Below are positions 31,430-41,414 of a stretch of 64,000 nt of DNA, piece by piece. A model generated the notes under the pieces. It saw nothing but the letters and a program-made list of their open reading frames with translations. It ran no database searches and had not been told where the DNA came from. How positions within the stretch are numbered: the stretch's first letter is position 1; every line of letters starts with the position of its first letter. The translations under genes were made by a program, and so were the position numbers. Source of the stretch: a virus (lineage: Duplodnaviria; Heunggongvirae; Uroviricota; Caudoviricetes); IMG/VR virus record IMGVR_UViG_2850773344_000009; one strand, written 5' to 3'.

Positions 31430-33265
31430 TTACCTGCCAAAGCGCGTATAGCCAACATCATGGCTGACATCAAAACCGCTGGATCGCGTTTCCATAACCC
31501 GCATACCCGGAGGCGAATTCACAAAAGAGACCTTGATCTCACCATCAACTTTTGGCGCAGAAGCTTTGTTAATCATGAAGGGATTCGGGCCTGTGGCATC
31601 GGAGGCGTTGTTTGACTGAGCCGGATCTACCGCCTGATAAGGTGTGTATCCCCGTGCCGGTATTCCCGTCCCATAAGCATCATAAGCACCCGCGCCCCAC
31701 TGCGCCGAGTTAATGGCATCGACCGTGTCACCGGAACTATCGGTAAACCATTCAATAATCGGCTTCAGCTTATCCCACATATCCTGAAACCACTTAACAA
31801 CCGGTCCCCAGTTATTGATCACCATCCCCAGCGGCGACCAGGCAAAAACCTTCTTCAGAAGTTCCCAGCCAGCCTCAAAATAAGGACTAATGGTTTCCCA
31901 GAGTTTCTTAAAATAAGGTCCGACAACATCCCAGTTAGTGATAATTAATCCCGCAGCCAGGGCAATCGCCGTCGCAATCATGCCAATCGGCGTCATCGAC
32001 ATGATCCTGCTGACGATACTGATGGCACTGCCCACGCCCATCAATCCCAGTTTCAGAATCGCAAGACCGGCAGCAAGCCCGACGACACCGCGAATAACCC
32101 GGGGATTTTCATCCGCAAACTTCGTGAATTTTTCCCCTAACTCCCCCAGCCATTGCGTGATATTTTTGGCGTCACCAGAAAATGCGCCGCCAATAGCCGC
32201 AAGGCCGTTAGTTGCGGTCCCCGTCATTGCCTCCCACAGGTTGGACAGCGTACCAAGCTGGGCCTGAACACGTTTATTCAGACTGGCCTGTTTATTCATC
32301 TTCTGCTGGATCTGATCGTAACCATCCTTTCCTTTATCGATCAGAGCATTTACCACCTGAAGGGTTTCGGCATCATCACCAAATATTGCCTTAAGTACAC
32401 CTGTTCGCTTAACGTCGGTCAGTTTTCGCAGCTTTGCCAGTTGTTTAAACATGTTATCAAGACCGCCAAAACTCCCTTTGCCGTCAGTAAAATCGAGCTG
32501 TACCCCGAGTTTCTGGCGGGCCATAACTTTATTGACGTCCCTGATTTTCTTAACGCTTAATCCGGACTGGATAACTTTTCGCAGGGCATTACCTGCCGAC
32601 TCCCCGTTCATCCCCATCTGATCCATCATGACGCTGATGGGGGCAAGGCTCTGTGCAGCCTGAAGACCGTCCTTGTTCACCATCTTCAGAACAGAACTGG
32701 TTTTAGTGAAGAAGGACAACATGTTGGTATCGTCAACGCCCAGATAAAACGCCTTCTGGATAGTGTCGAACAGCCCCATCATGTCTTCTGACGCCGTTCC
32801 GGTAGCATCCTGCATCTTTGCAGCAAACTCAGCAGCCGCTTCCGGTGTTTTTTTCAGTTGTACCGCAAGATAAGCTGTCGCTTTACCCACACCGCCAAGA
32901 ATGTTTTCTGCCTGGATCCCCTGACGCACCAGCATCTGCATCATGTTCTGGAAATCAGCCGTTGTACCGGGTAGCTGGTTACCCAGGCCAATAGCCAGTT
33001 TATTGATGTCCTGAAAGCTCTTTCCAACCTCGCCGTTCGCATCCATCATGGCGACTTTCAGCCCGGTGGCGGCGTTTTCCTGATCGGCATAAGATTTCAG
33101 GGAAAGCGTCAGACCCGCAGCCAGTCCGCCACCAAGCGCCAGCCCACCCTGTGACGCTTCTTCCGCCTGGCGTTTAAATCCCCGGATTTTCTTTTGCATT
33201 TTCGACAGCGCGGGAGAAAGCCTGTCGACACCGGTGATCAACGCCTTAAGCTCAAATTCAGCCAT
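31430..33265 (-). CDS. Tail tape measure protein
   Basis: 611-aa ORF, Gly/Ala-rich with hydrophobic segments, downstream of chaperone with frameshift. Confidence 0.8.
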   Translation of the reverse strand: MAEFELKALITGVDRLSPALSKMQKKIRGFKRQAEEASQGGLALGGGLAAGLTLSLKSYADQENAATGLKVAMMDANGEVGKSFQDINKLAIGLGNQLPGTTADFQNMMQMLVRQGIQAENILGGVGKATAYLAVQLKKTPEAAAEFAAKMQDATGTASEDMMGLFDTIQKAFYLGVDDTNMLSFFTKTSSVLKMVNKDGLQAAQSLAPISVMMDQMGMNGESAGNALRKVIQSGLSVKKIRDVNKVMARQKLGVQLDFTDGKGSFGGLDNMFKQLAKLRKLTDVKRTGVLKAIFGDDAETLQVVNALIDKGKDGYDQIQQKMNKQASLNKRVQAQLGTLSNLWEAMTGTATNGLAAIGGAFSGDAKNITQWLGELGEKFTKFADENPRVIRGVVGLAAGLAILKLGLMGVGSAISIVSRIMSMTPIGMIATAIALAAGLIITNWDVVGPYFKKLWETISPYFEAGWELLKKVFAWSPLGMVINNWGPVVKWFQDMWDKLKPIIEWFTDSSGDTVDAINSAQWGAGAYDAYGTGIPARGYTPYQAVDPAQSNNASDATGPNPFMINKASAPKVDGEIKVSFVNSPPGMRVMETRSSGFDVSHDVGYTRFGR

Positions 33266-33406
33266 GTGTGCGTTTCTCCTGCTCTATCCTGTTTGCCTGA
33301 CTGACCAGTAAGGGAATTTCACTGATCGGCATATTCAGCAATTCGAAAGGATTAATGCGCCAGTAGCTGGCGCAGTCAAAGAAGCGATCAGTGAGGTATT
33401 CAGCCG

Positions 33407-33676
33407 TCAGGCCTGGAGGAAAAAACCAGCCACAAGCCACGCCGCTGCATTCAGGTCTGCCGGAGACATCTGGTCGACAGAGCTTTGCGGCACTTTCGCC
33501 AGCCGCACAATGTATTTCGACACCACATGCGCCAGAAGTCTGACTGACTCATCCTGATTCATCTGGTAGGGATACCCCAGCTCGCGGACATCCTTCCCGG
33601 TGGGCTCATCAAACTCCAGTACGGAGAGTGTCTCGCCATGAGCAGTAATCGGTTTCTTTAACTCAAGCTCTTTCAT
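33407..33676 (-). CDS. Tail assembly chaperone (G-like); -1 frameshift extension continues to 33258
   Basis: 89-aa ORF ending in slippery ttttttc; overlapping -1 frame ORF 33258..33440. Confidence 0.65.
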   Translation of the reverse strand: MKELELKKPITAHGETLSVLEFDEPTGKDVRELGYPYQMNQDESVRLLAHVVSKYIVRLAKVPQSSVDQMSPADLNAAAWLVAGFFLQA

Positions 33677-34032
33677 TACTGGTAATCCCCTTCTTCACCG
33701 TGGAACTCAAGATCAACCGTGCCTTCTTCGGCATTATGGTTCGCTTCGCCGTGCAGCCAGGCAGACGACAGTACATAGACCTGACCGTTCGCCAACTCGG
33801 CAGTGATTGTCATCTCATCAGACGAGGTGATTTTGTTCACCGGAAAATTCTTCGGCACCTTGAAGGTCCCTTTGACATAAGGCGCACGGTGAGTTTCCTT
33901 GCGGTCCACTGAACCGTCCAGGCCGATGATGTCATCATTGACCGTCCTGTTCATGGGCACCTCAATGCCGCCGGTCAGCGATAGCTGCTGACCGTCAATT
34001 TTGAAATAACAGGTTCCCCCGATACGGGCCAT
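33676..34032 (-). CDS. Tail tube protein
   Basis: 118-aa ORF between sheath and chaperone. Confidence 0.7.
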   Translation of the reverse strand: MARIGGTCYFKIDGQQLSLTGGIEVPMNRTVNDDIIGLDGSVDRKETHRAPYVKGTFKVPKNFPVNKITSSDEMTITAELANGQVYVLSSAWLHGEANHNAEEGTVDLEFHGEEGDYQ

Positions 34033-35528
34033 TATGCAGACTCCTCTGAATACTGAAGACGGAACTGATTAACCACGGCAAAGACACGCAGCTGGTTAAC
34101 ATAGTCAGGCGGGAACAGCGTGTTAAGGCGGTTCGGATCGCTGGCATCACGCTCCACAACCAGGTACTGCTTAAACAGTTCGTAGTTTTCCACGATCCCC
34201 GCACGCTCAAGCTGACGGTAGGTTGCCAGCAGTTCCCCTTTGATCACCGCCGGGGTGACAATCGCCTGACCGGGACCAAAGCGGGTACCGTCACTGGCAA
34301 GCTTGTGACGCCCGTACTTACTGGTAATGACGGATTTCAGTTTGCGCAGTACATACGCGCTGGTATGCAGCGTCTCACTGTCGAGGTAACTGTTATCCGC
34401 AACCCCGTAAGCATTTTTCCTGTACGTGGTGACATCACGCTGAATGCGCAGCACCCCGCTTTCGACATACGCCGTTGCCACGCCATGAGACAGCAGGGTC
34501 TGCTGCTCGGTCATCGTGAACCGTTTCCCCTTCGGCGCAGGCAGCATACCCACCAGCTCACCGGTCTGCGTGGGACGTGCCGGATCGTTGCGGATAAACA
34601 CCGCTGCGCGGGCGGTACGGCTTGCCGCCAGCTCGTCGGCAGGCGTCTGGGTCTCTTTTTCGTACCCCGCCAGGGTGATGTGCTGCTGGTTAAACTGGTC
34701 ACCTGCGTTCACCAGTTCTGACAGTGTGCCGGTCTTTGCCGTATACACATGACCATACAGCTGACGCGCATAGCTCCAGCGACCGCTGGTATCGTTCATC
34801 TCGGTCACCAGCGTGTTAACGGAGGCCGTGTCGTTGAACGGCAGACCGATATAATCAAACGGCTCATCCGCCATTGCAGCCACCGCGCCGGTGAGAACCG
34901 GAGCGCCCGTTCCGGCGGTCCCCGTCGCCACGGCAATCTGTACGCCCGCTGGCAGCACTTCGCCCCCACCGAAGCCGTAGTAATTGAGGCTGACAGGAAT
35001 TTCATTCCCGCAAAGCCCCTTATGACGCGCGGTCAGCGTGACAACACCAGCCGAAGATGAAGCTGTAAACGGCAGAGTCGGAACGGCATTGATGGCATCT
35101 TTGATACTGCTGGCAATCGTCGTGACGTTATCGCCGTTGGTCACCGGAGCCTGCACGCGGGTACGTCCCACATAGACATTCACCGTGCCGCTTTCGGTTG
35201 CTTCCCCGGTCACCGTCAGCGTAACCGTTGCCGCCGCGCCTGTGGCTTCCGGAACGGCAATCACATACAGCTCACCAAACGGGTCGGTCTGGCGATAAGC
35301 CTCGACCATACGCGCCAGCTGACTTCCCGCACCACAAATCTGGCGTGCATAGTCTGCCGACGGCATCAGCACCAGACTGTTGGCAACAATCTCTGCACCG
35401 TTATTGGCATGACCAATCAGCAGCGATGCTCCGCTGTCCTGTGCAGTATTCGCAGCCTGGTTATCCATTTCCGCATAAAACAGCGGAACCAGCGTATTCG
35501 ACGGAATGGTGTTAAAGCTTATCGTCAT
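34032..35528 (-). CDS. Contractile tail sheath protein
   Basis: 498-aa ORF, size and synteny of Mu L-type sheath. Confidence 0.8.
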   Translation of the reverse strand: MTISFNTIPSNTLVPLFYAEMDNQAANTAQDSGASLLIGHANNGAEIVANSLVLMPSADYARQICGAGSQLARMVEAYRQTDPFGELYVIAVPEATGAAATVTLTVTGEATESGTVNVYVGRTRVQAPVTNGDNVTTIASSIKDAINAVPTLPFTASSSAGVVTLTARHKGLCGNEIPVSLNYYGFGGGEVLPAGVQIAVATGTAGTGAPVLTGAVAAMADEPFDYIGLPFNDTASVNTLVTEMNDTSGRWSYARQLYGHVYTAKTGTLSELVNAGDQFNQQHITLAGYEKETQTPADELAASRTARAAVFIRNDPARPTQTGELVGMLPAPKGKRFTMTEQQTLLSHGVATAYVESGVLRIQRDVTTYRKNAYGVADNSYLDSETLHTSAYVLRKLKSVITSKYGRHKLASDGTRFGPGQAIVTPAVIKGELLATYRQLERAGIVENYELFKQYLVVERDASDPNRLNTLFPPDYVNQLRVFAVVNQFRLQYSEESA

Positions 35529-35682
35529 CGGTGTTCACCTTTTTATTCACGCGCCGGATATCACCCGCTGCTTCACGGCGCAGCCAGTAGTTGTTCTCAT
35601 CAACATTTCGCCCTTCGGCGGGCAAAAGGTCGCCGCGGGCAGGGTCAGGCACTGACCGCCCTTTAACAGGTTTGACAAACAT
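35512..35682 (-). CDS. Small conserved tail-region protein
   Basis: 56-aa ORF MFVKPVKGRSVPDPARGDLLPAEGRNVDENNYWLRREAAGD..., hand-translated. Confidence 0.4.
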   Translation of the reverse strand: MFVKPVKGRSVPDPARGDLLPAEGRNVDENNYWLRREAAGDIRRVNKKVNTDDDKL

Positions 35683-35690
35683 GAGGATCC

Positions 35691-36251
35691 TCAGGAAGGA
35701 AGGGTTATTTCGGTGTGATGTTCTATATCGCCGTCAGGCCCGTTACCGGGCTCGAGATAATCAACATCAATCGCCAGCGTTTGCAGTTCATCCAGACTGT
35801 TCAGATCATCCTGCTGGCGGGTATCGTCTTCAGTCAGCTCGCTGATGACCGAAAAATCGAACTGATAAATCAGCTCATGACGATTCAGATCCAGCAGCGT
35901 GCCGCCGTCATAGGTAATCGGGTTACCGCACGCCTCCGGGTTCCAGCCCAGCAGAGCCTTAAAGAGCATCTGCCGGACATCGTCCACCACATCATACGAG
36001 GCAAACTGACCGCGCTCATCACGCCCGTTACTCAGTATGACAACCACGGAGAAACCCTCTTTCAGCTCCTGCCAGTAGTCGGTCTGGCTTTTGTTTTCTC
36101 CCGGAGAATCATCACCCGGTACAACATATGCCGCCGGGAGTTTCAGCTTTCCGACCTCCGGCAGATTTTTGAACTGGGCCGCGCCTGCAACCCGGTTTTC
36201 AAAATACGGACAGCGGGCACGCAGTGCAGCAATAACAGGCGTCAGTTTCAT
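35691..36251 (-). CDS. Putative tail completion/neck protein
   Basis: 186-aa ORF between head-tail joining genes and sheath. Confidence 0.4.
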   Translation of the reverse strand: MKLTPVIAALRARCPYFENRVAGAAQFKNLPEVGKLKLPAAYVVPGDDSPGENKSQTDYWQELKEGFSVVVILSNGRDERGQFASYDVVDDVRQMLFKALLGWNPEACGNPITYDGGTLLDLNRHELIYQFDFSVISELTEDDTRQQDDLNSLDELQTLAIDVDYLEPGNGPDGDIEHHTEITLPS

Positions 36252-36754
36252 CTGTGTCGTCGCTCCGGCTTCAGTGATTTACGCAATTCCCGCGCCAGAA
36301 AATAGCGTGTCCAGCTGCGGTTCTTTTCAAGCGTTTCCACCATGAAGTTATTACGTGGAGCCAGTCGCCAGCCGCTGCCACCGGATGCACCACGATGATG
36401 GCTGCGACGACGCTTTGCCCCTCGCCTCACGCCATAGAACAAAAAAGCCGGATAAAAATCACCGGTGATACGGCGGTTTCCCTCTCCATTACGCTGGTTA
36501 GGGGCTATACGTGCCATAAAACCAGGGCGATGTTTACTGGCTCTGGGTACCATGTAACCAATCGAACGAGCCAGGCGTCCGGTCTGATAACCGGGGTTTT
36601 CACCCGGTGCCGACCGCGCACGGCGCATCACCAGCCGACGGGCATCACGCATATGACGCTGACCAATCGTGACAAACGCCCGCCGGACACGGGCGCGGTT
36701 AAAGCGCATCTCCGCGGGCTGCTGAAAATCAACGTGCAAAAAGGAAGTCGCCAT
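36248..36754 (-). CDS. Virion morphogenesis / head-tail joining protein
   Basis: 168-aa Arg-rich ORF, synteny. Confidence 0.45.
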   Translation of the reverse strand: MATSFLHVDFQQPAEMRFNRARVRRAFVTIGQRHMRDARRLVMRRARSAPGENPGYQTGRLARSIGYMVPRASKHRPGFMARIAPNQRNGEGNRRITGDFYPAFLFYGVRRGAKRRRSHHRGASGGSGWRLAPRNNFMVETLEKNRSWTRYFLARELRKSLKPERRHR

Positions 36755-37139
36755 TGCTGCCTCCGTGACTCTGCGTAAATTCGCCCAGCTCCGTACACTC
36801 CAGCAGCAGAAAGCGCCGCGCCCCGTTCAGATCGCGCTGACGTTTCACCCGGTACACACTGTCACCGCAGACCACCTCATAATCAGCGGTGATCCCCCTG
36901 CGGTAACGAATGGTGATGTAATGGGTGATGGCGTCCCCGGTCTGCGCGGTTTCCTGCCAGGTGGTGGCACTGGTCTGGATAACCTTCGCCCATGTCCGGA
37001 ACGTAACCGGATATTGAGGCTCCACGCCAAAGTTATCCGCGGGCATATCCACCCGCTGGCGGATCAGGACGCGTTTATTCAGTTCGCCGGGGTCCGGCAG
37101 AATGTAGGTTGCGCTGGTCTGCGCCTGACGAATTTTCAT
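36729..37139 (-). CDS. Head-tail adaptor protein
   Basis: 136-aa ORF, synteny. Confidence 0.45.
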   Translation of the reverse strand: MKIRQAQTSATYILPDPGELNKRVLIRQRVDMPADNFGVEPQYPVTFRTWAKVIQTSATTWQETAQTGDAITHYITIRYRRGITADYEVVCGDSVYRVKRQRDLNGARRFLLLECTELGEFTQSHGGSNGDFLFAR

Positions 37140-37459
37140 TGCGGAAAGTACCTGTACGGGCCAACAAGCCAGCCAAAACTCTGCGGCATGTCGAGTTTCT
37201 CCACTTCCGTAACCGACGAGCGGTTTTCGTAAAAATGGCTGATAAGCATCAGCATCCCCAGACGAATATCATCCGGCAGGTGTAGCCCGTCCGGGTCGCT
37301 GTCCGGAATGGTTTCATCCGGTGCATAGAGCTTCCGGTTCAGATACGTTTCCGTCCGCTTTTGCGCCGCACAGGCCAGCAGTTGCAGATGGCGGTCATCA
37401 ACATCGAAATCCTCATCCAGCCGGAGTTGGGCTTTAATCTCTTCCATTGTCAGAAGCAT
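37136..37459 (-). CDS. Head-tail connector (gp6-like) protein
   Basis: 107-aa ORF directly after capsid region. Confidence 0.5.
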   Translation of the reverse strand: MLLTMEEIKAQLRLDEDFDVDDRHLQLLACAAQKRTETYLNRKLYAPDETIPDSDPDGLHLPDDIRLGMLMLISHFYENRSSVTEVEKLDMPQSFGWLVGPYRYFPQ

Positions 37460-37461
37460 AC

Positions 37462-37662
37462 TCAGCCCTCTTTACTGGTCGTGGCTTTTTTCTCTTTTGC
37501 CGCTTTACTGCTTTTTGCACTGATTCCGCGCTCTGCTAACCCGGCCTGAAGTGCAATCTCCTGCACCCGGGCAGGAAGCGCCCCGTCGTCATACTCACCG
37601 GCCCGAATGACCTCAACACGCATACCGTCCGGTGACCATTTCAGATCTTGTTTCAGGATCAT
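37462..37662 (-). CDS. Small hypothetical head-region protein
   Basis: 66-aa ORF, Lys-rich C-terminus. Confidence 0.3.
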   Translation of the reverse strand: MILKQDLKWSPDGMRVEVIRAGEYDDGALPARVQEIALQAGLAERGISAKSSKAAKEKKATTSKEG

Positions 37663-37711
37663 GATTCTTCACCCGTCAGAACAGGGGGCGCGGTTCCGCG
37701 CCCCTGAATGA

Positions 37712-38917
37712 TTACGCCGCTGCAATCTTCAGCAGTTTGATGGCCTGCGAATCGACCAGCATCCCGCCGGTGCGCTTGGTGGTATAAAAACCGACAAACG
37801 GTTTATTGGTGTACGGATCACGCAGAATGCGGGTGCCGATACGGTCAACGATGGTGTAACCCCGTTTGAAGTTACCAAATGCAATGGCTTTCGCATCAGC
37901 GGCGATATCCGGCATCTGTTCGTTTTCAGCGATACCGTAACCCGCCAGAGAGGACGGCTGCCCCAGTTCCAGCCCCGGACGCCACAGATAGTTACCCTCG
38001 GTGTCTTTCAGCAGACGGATGGCAAACAGGCTGTTGTTGTTCATCATGAACTTCGCGCCAGTGCGGTGTGCCTTTCGCAGCGTGTAAATCAGTTTGATAA
38101 TGGCGTCTGCGGTCACCGCAGTCGCGTCGCCGGATACAATATGCTGAAGTTTGCCGAACGCCCGGACCTTGTCGGTTTCATCCGTGGATTCATACGCCAG
38201 GAACCCTTTCGGCTTCTTGGTACCATCGCCGGTGGTAAAGGCTATTTCTTCCTGTTCGGCAAATTCGGTTGCCAGCTCGCTGTTGATCCAGGCCTCCACG
38301 TTGAAAAAGGCATCATCCAGCATTTTCTGGGTGGCCTGCGGGTTACCGTAGATTTCCCCCATGAAAGGTTCAATCAGCCCCAGTTTTGAGGTGGCAGTCT
38401 GGGAACGCGCGTCAGTCTCGCCAACCCATCCGGAAGCCGTGCCGCCCAGATTCACCAGTTTTTTGTAGTCGGAACCGCCAACGGTGATCACCGTGGCTTC
38501 CTGGCGCATCACCACTTCATCTTTCAGCAGGGTCAGAATGTTGCGATCCAGCGCTTCCGGCACGGCGTAGCCACCGTCTTCATCGGTGCCCACCTGTAAT
38601 GCCTTGCGCTCCAGATCGCGCAGACCATCTTCACGGCCTTTACGCAGGAAGCCCACAAACGCTTCTTTATGCTCGGTGGCCAGTTTATTTTGCGCACCAC
38701 CTGCCGGACGTTTCAGCTCAAGCAGCTCTTTTTCAAGATCGCTTTTGAGGTTTTCCAGCTCGCTGAGTTTCCCGTTCAGGGTTTCCACCTGCCCGGCAAG
38801 TTTGCCTTTTTCCTGCTCAATCGCATCCACGCGCTTGTCGTTCTTTGCTTTGAAGTCGTCAAACTTCTGCTGCAGCTCCTGCGCGACCTGTTCGACATCT
38901 TTAATATCAACCGCCAT
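37712..38917 (-). CDS. Major capsid protein (HK97 fold family)
   Basis: 401-aa ORF with long N-terminal coiled-coil delta domain, directly after prohead protease. Confidence 0.8.
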   Translation of the reverse strand: MAVDIKDVEQVAQELQQKFDDFKAKNDKRVDAIEQEKGKLAGQVETLNGKLSELENLKSDLEKELLELKRPAGGAQNKLATEHKEAFVGFLRKGREDGLRDLERKALQVGTDEDGGYAVPEALDRNILTLLKDEVVMRQEATVITVGGSDYKKLVNLGGTASGWVGETDARSQTATSKLGLIEPFMGEIYGNPQATQKMLDDAFFNVEAWINSELATEFAEQEEIAFTTGDGTKKPKGFLAYESTDETDKVRAFGKLQHIVSGDATAVTADAIIKLIYTLRKAHRTGAKFMMNNNSLFAIRLLKDTEGNYLWRPGLELGQPSSLAGYGIAENEQMPDIAADAKAIAFGNFKRGYTIVDRIGTRILRDPYTNKPFVGFYTTKRTGGMLVDSQAIKLLKIAAA

Positions 38918-38931
38918 CGTATTTCTCCTGA

Positions 38932-39618
38932 TTAGAAGTTCAGATTTTTCAGTGCATCCAGTGCAGAGCCCACATCCTCAGCGTCGCGCAGGGACAGTGC
39001 GCCATAGCCCCCGGCCATGAATGCTTTGGCCTGGGTACGGGAGAGTCCGACATCACGCAGGACTCTTTCGATTTTTTTCTGTTCGGGGATTTCCCCGCGG
39101 GCCAGTGCGTTCTTGACGTCGCTGATCCGCGCCTCGTCGTTAGACGGGAACGTCACCAGGCTGACTTCCCAGAGGTCGATTTCTTTCAGCAGAAAGGCTT
39201 CTTTCGTCCGGTCGTATTCCCAGTCCTTCAGGACGTACCCAATAGAAAGGCCGGTTAACGAACCGGCCTTCATGTGTGCATGTGCGCGTTTTGCCAGGGG
39301 ATCATCATCAATGAGCAACCGCCCCCTGACGTAAAGCCCGACATCGTCTTCCTTCATTTCGGTGTAAACACCGATGGGTTCATCCATGCGGTGCTGCCAG
39401 AGCAGCGCAGGTAACGCTTTTCGGTCACTCCACGCCCGCAGGGAAGCAGCAAATGCCCCGGACATCACCACATCATCGTGGCTGTCCTTTACACCAAAGA
39501 CGGAGCCATACCCTTCAAACTCACCGGAGTCACTGACAGATTTCAGACTCAGCGGTACATCAAGACGTTGTTTCGTCTGCATTGGCGTTATCCTTCTGCT
39601 TACCGGCTTTACTGCCAT
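38932..39618 (-). CDS. Prohead protease (HK97 family)
   Basis: 228-aa ORF between portal and capsid. Confidence 0.75.
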   Translation of the reverse strand: MAVKPVSRRITPMQTKQRLDVPLSLKSVSDSGEFEGYGSVFGVKDSHDDVVMSGAFAASLRAWSDRKALPALLWQHRMDEPIGVYTEMKEDDVGLYVRGRLLIDDDPLAKRAHAHMKAGSLTGLSIGYVLKDWEYDRTKEAFLLKEIDLWEVSLVTFPSNDEARISDVKNALARGEIPEQKKIERVLRDVGLSRTQAKAFMAGGYGALSLRDAEDVGSALDALKNLNF

Positions 39619-40801
39619 CGGAGGGTTTCGTGGTCATGTTCATCGGTGTGAGATAGACATTCCCACCGGGACGCGGATTCATATCTTCCAGGTCGCGGCA
39701 GTCATTGGGAGAGTAAATTCCCCAGTTAATCCCGGTGGCGTAGGCTTCAAAACGGGACTTCATATCCCCGCGCAGTAACGCCCCGGCGTTAAATTTGGCG
39801 TAATAAACGCCCTGCTTACTTTTTCGTACCAGTCCGGTGTTGATCCGCTGTTCGATGCGGGTCAGATACGGCACCAGTGAATAGTTGATAAATCCGAGCC
39901 CCAGTTCTTCGATATTGTTGAAGGTGGCGCGATCGGTGTTCTGCACCATGTGCAATGGCACCCGGAACAGACGACAGATTTCTTCAAGCTGAAACTTGCG
40001 GGTTTCCAGGAACTGGCTGTCCTCTGCGTTCAACGCCATCGACTTCCAGTCCCGCCCCATCTCAAGGATCATCGGGCGGTGAGCATTGCCAAGCCCGGTG
40101 TGACGCTCCTCAAAATCTTTCTTCAGGCGCTCATAAGCCTGATCCGACAGCGTCTGCTCTGTACGCAACACACCCGACGTCACCGCGCCATTGCTGAACA
40201 GTCTGGCCCCGTGCTCTTCGGTCGCTGCCGCCAGCGATATTGCCTCGCGGGCATAGGCGATGGGATTCAGTCCCACCAGACCGTCCAGCGTCAGCGTGCG
40301 CACATGCCAGATATCTTCCTGGCTCAGTACATCCGTGGAGCCATCCGGAAATGTGACCTGGTAAACCGGTTCCCAGCTACTGTTAAGCTTCGGTACCACA
40401 CAACCGGGATCGACGGGCAGCAGTTCAGCCACTTCGCCAAATGCTTTCACTTTGTAGGCGTAAAAATTTCCCCTCAGACACAGACAGGTGACCACCAGCT
40501 CCCATAACTCCTGCGGCGTCATATAGCTATTGGGATGCGTGGAGATCAGTTTATGCAGACGTTCGCCGGTGGCTCTCTGCTTCAGGCTGCCGTTCAGGTG
40601 ATACAGATTGCAGGGCAACATCCCGACCGACTCTGCCAGCACTCTGACGCAGGAAAAAACCGCCGTCAGTCGCATGGCTCGCTGACTGCTGATCTGCTTT
40701 CCGGTATAGGTGTCGTAGGACAACCCGATGGCATCCGCCAGCTCTGCTGGCGTGGTCACCGGTGCGTCACTTTTTCGTTGAAATAATCCCGAAAAGAACA
40801 C
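39560..40801 (-). CDS. Portal protein (HK97 family)
   Basis: 413-aa ORF downstream of terminase remnant. Confidence 0.8.
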   Translation of the reverse strand: MFFSGLFQRKSDAPVTTPAELADAIGLSYDTYTGKQISSQRAMRLTAVFSCVRVLAESVGMLPCNLYHLNGSLKQRATGERLHKLISTHPNSYMTPQELWELVVTCLCLRGNFYAYKVKAFGEVAELLPVDPGCVVPKLNSSWEPVYQVTFPDGSTDVLSQEDIWHVRTLTLDGLVGLNPIAYAREAISLAAATEEHGARLFSNGAVTSGVLRTEQTLSDQAYERLKKDFEERHTGLGNAHRPMILEMGRDWKSMALNAEDSQFLETRKFQLEEICRLFRVPLHMVQNTDRATFNNIEELGLGFINYSLVPYLTRIEQRINTGLVRKSKQGVYYAKFNAGALLRGDMKSRFEAYATGINWGIYSPNDCRDLEDMNPRPGGNVYLTPMNMTTKPSDGSKAGKQKDNANADETTS

Positions 40802-40983
40802 TATTTACCTCCACCAACAGACAGCTGTGTACGGTCGAGATATCGCACCACCAGCCACGACCAGAACAGGCACAACGCCCCGGCAACAACAAACCCCGCC
40901 GGGGGATAAATCAGCCAGGCACCATACGCCAGCAAAAGCGCCCCCAGCACGCCCACCAGAGGCGCGAGAATCAGCATGATCAT
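40801..40983 (-). CDS. Small membrane protein between terminase and portal
   Basis: 60-aa two-TM ORF. Confidence 0.3.
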   Translation of the reverse strand: MIMLILAPLVGVLGALLLAYGAWLIYPPAGFVVAGALCLFWSWLVVRYLDRTQLSVGGGK

Positions 40984-40994
40984 AATTACCTCAG

Positions 40995-41414
40995 TTAAAG
41001 CGAGCGGATCCCATAGGACTCAATGTAGTCAGACAACGTGTCTTCTTTCTCGTACAGCATGGCTCTGCCAACCGCCATAATCAGCGCAACTGCACCATCG
41101 ATTTTGTTTTCCGCCTGCTCTTTGACGGGCTTCACCACATCATCGTTACCCGGAATGGTTTTGCCGACCACGTTGCCGATACACCAGGTCATGATGGGAT
41201 TGCCATCATGATGAAAGCGCCCCGATTCAATTGCCGCTTCCAGCTCTTTCATCGGGTCGGACATGTTGGTGTAGTTCTGAATGATAGTGATGGGGTTCAG
41301 GTCTTCATCAGCAAGGTCATGTGACAACCCGGTCGCCCCGAAGGGGTCGATGGGTGACTCACTGACCGGGCTGATTTTGTTCGCCGCTTTGGCCTCCTCG
41401 AGGATGTAGCGATA
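40995..41414 (-). pseudogene. Large terminase subunit, C-terminal ~140 codons only; 5' portion removed at IS600 junction
   Basis: Reading frame runs to the IS600 end at 41415; nuclease-domain-like C-terminus; no small terminase nearby. Confidence 0.6.

Noticed and set aside
34305-36305. Several plus-strand ORFs of 78-196 aa within the tail gene region
   Set aside because: All are antisense to well-supported, tightly packed minus-strand structural genes (sheath and neighbours), have no RBS and are Arg/Pro-rich in the way typical of GC-rich antisense frames.
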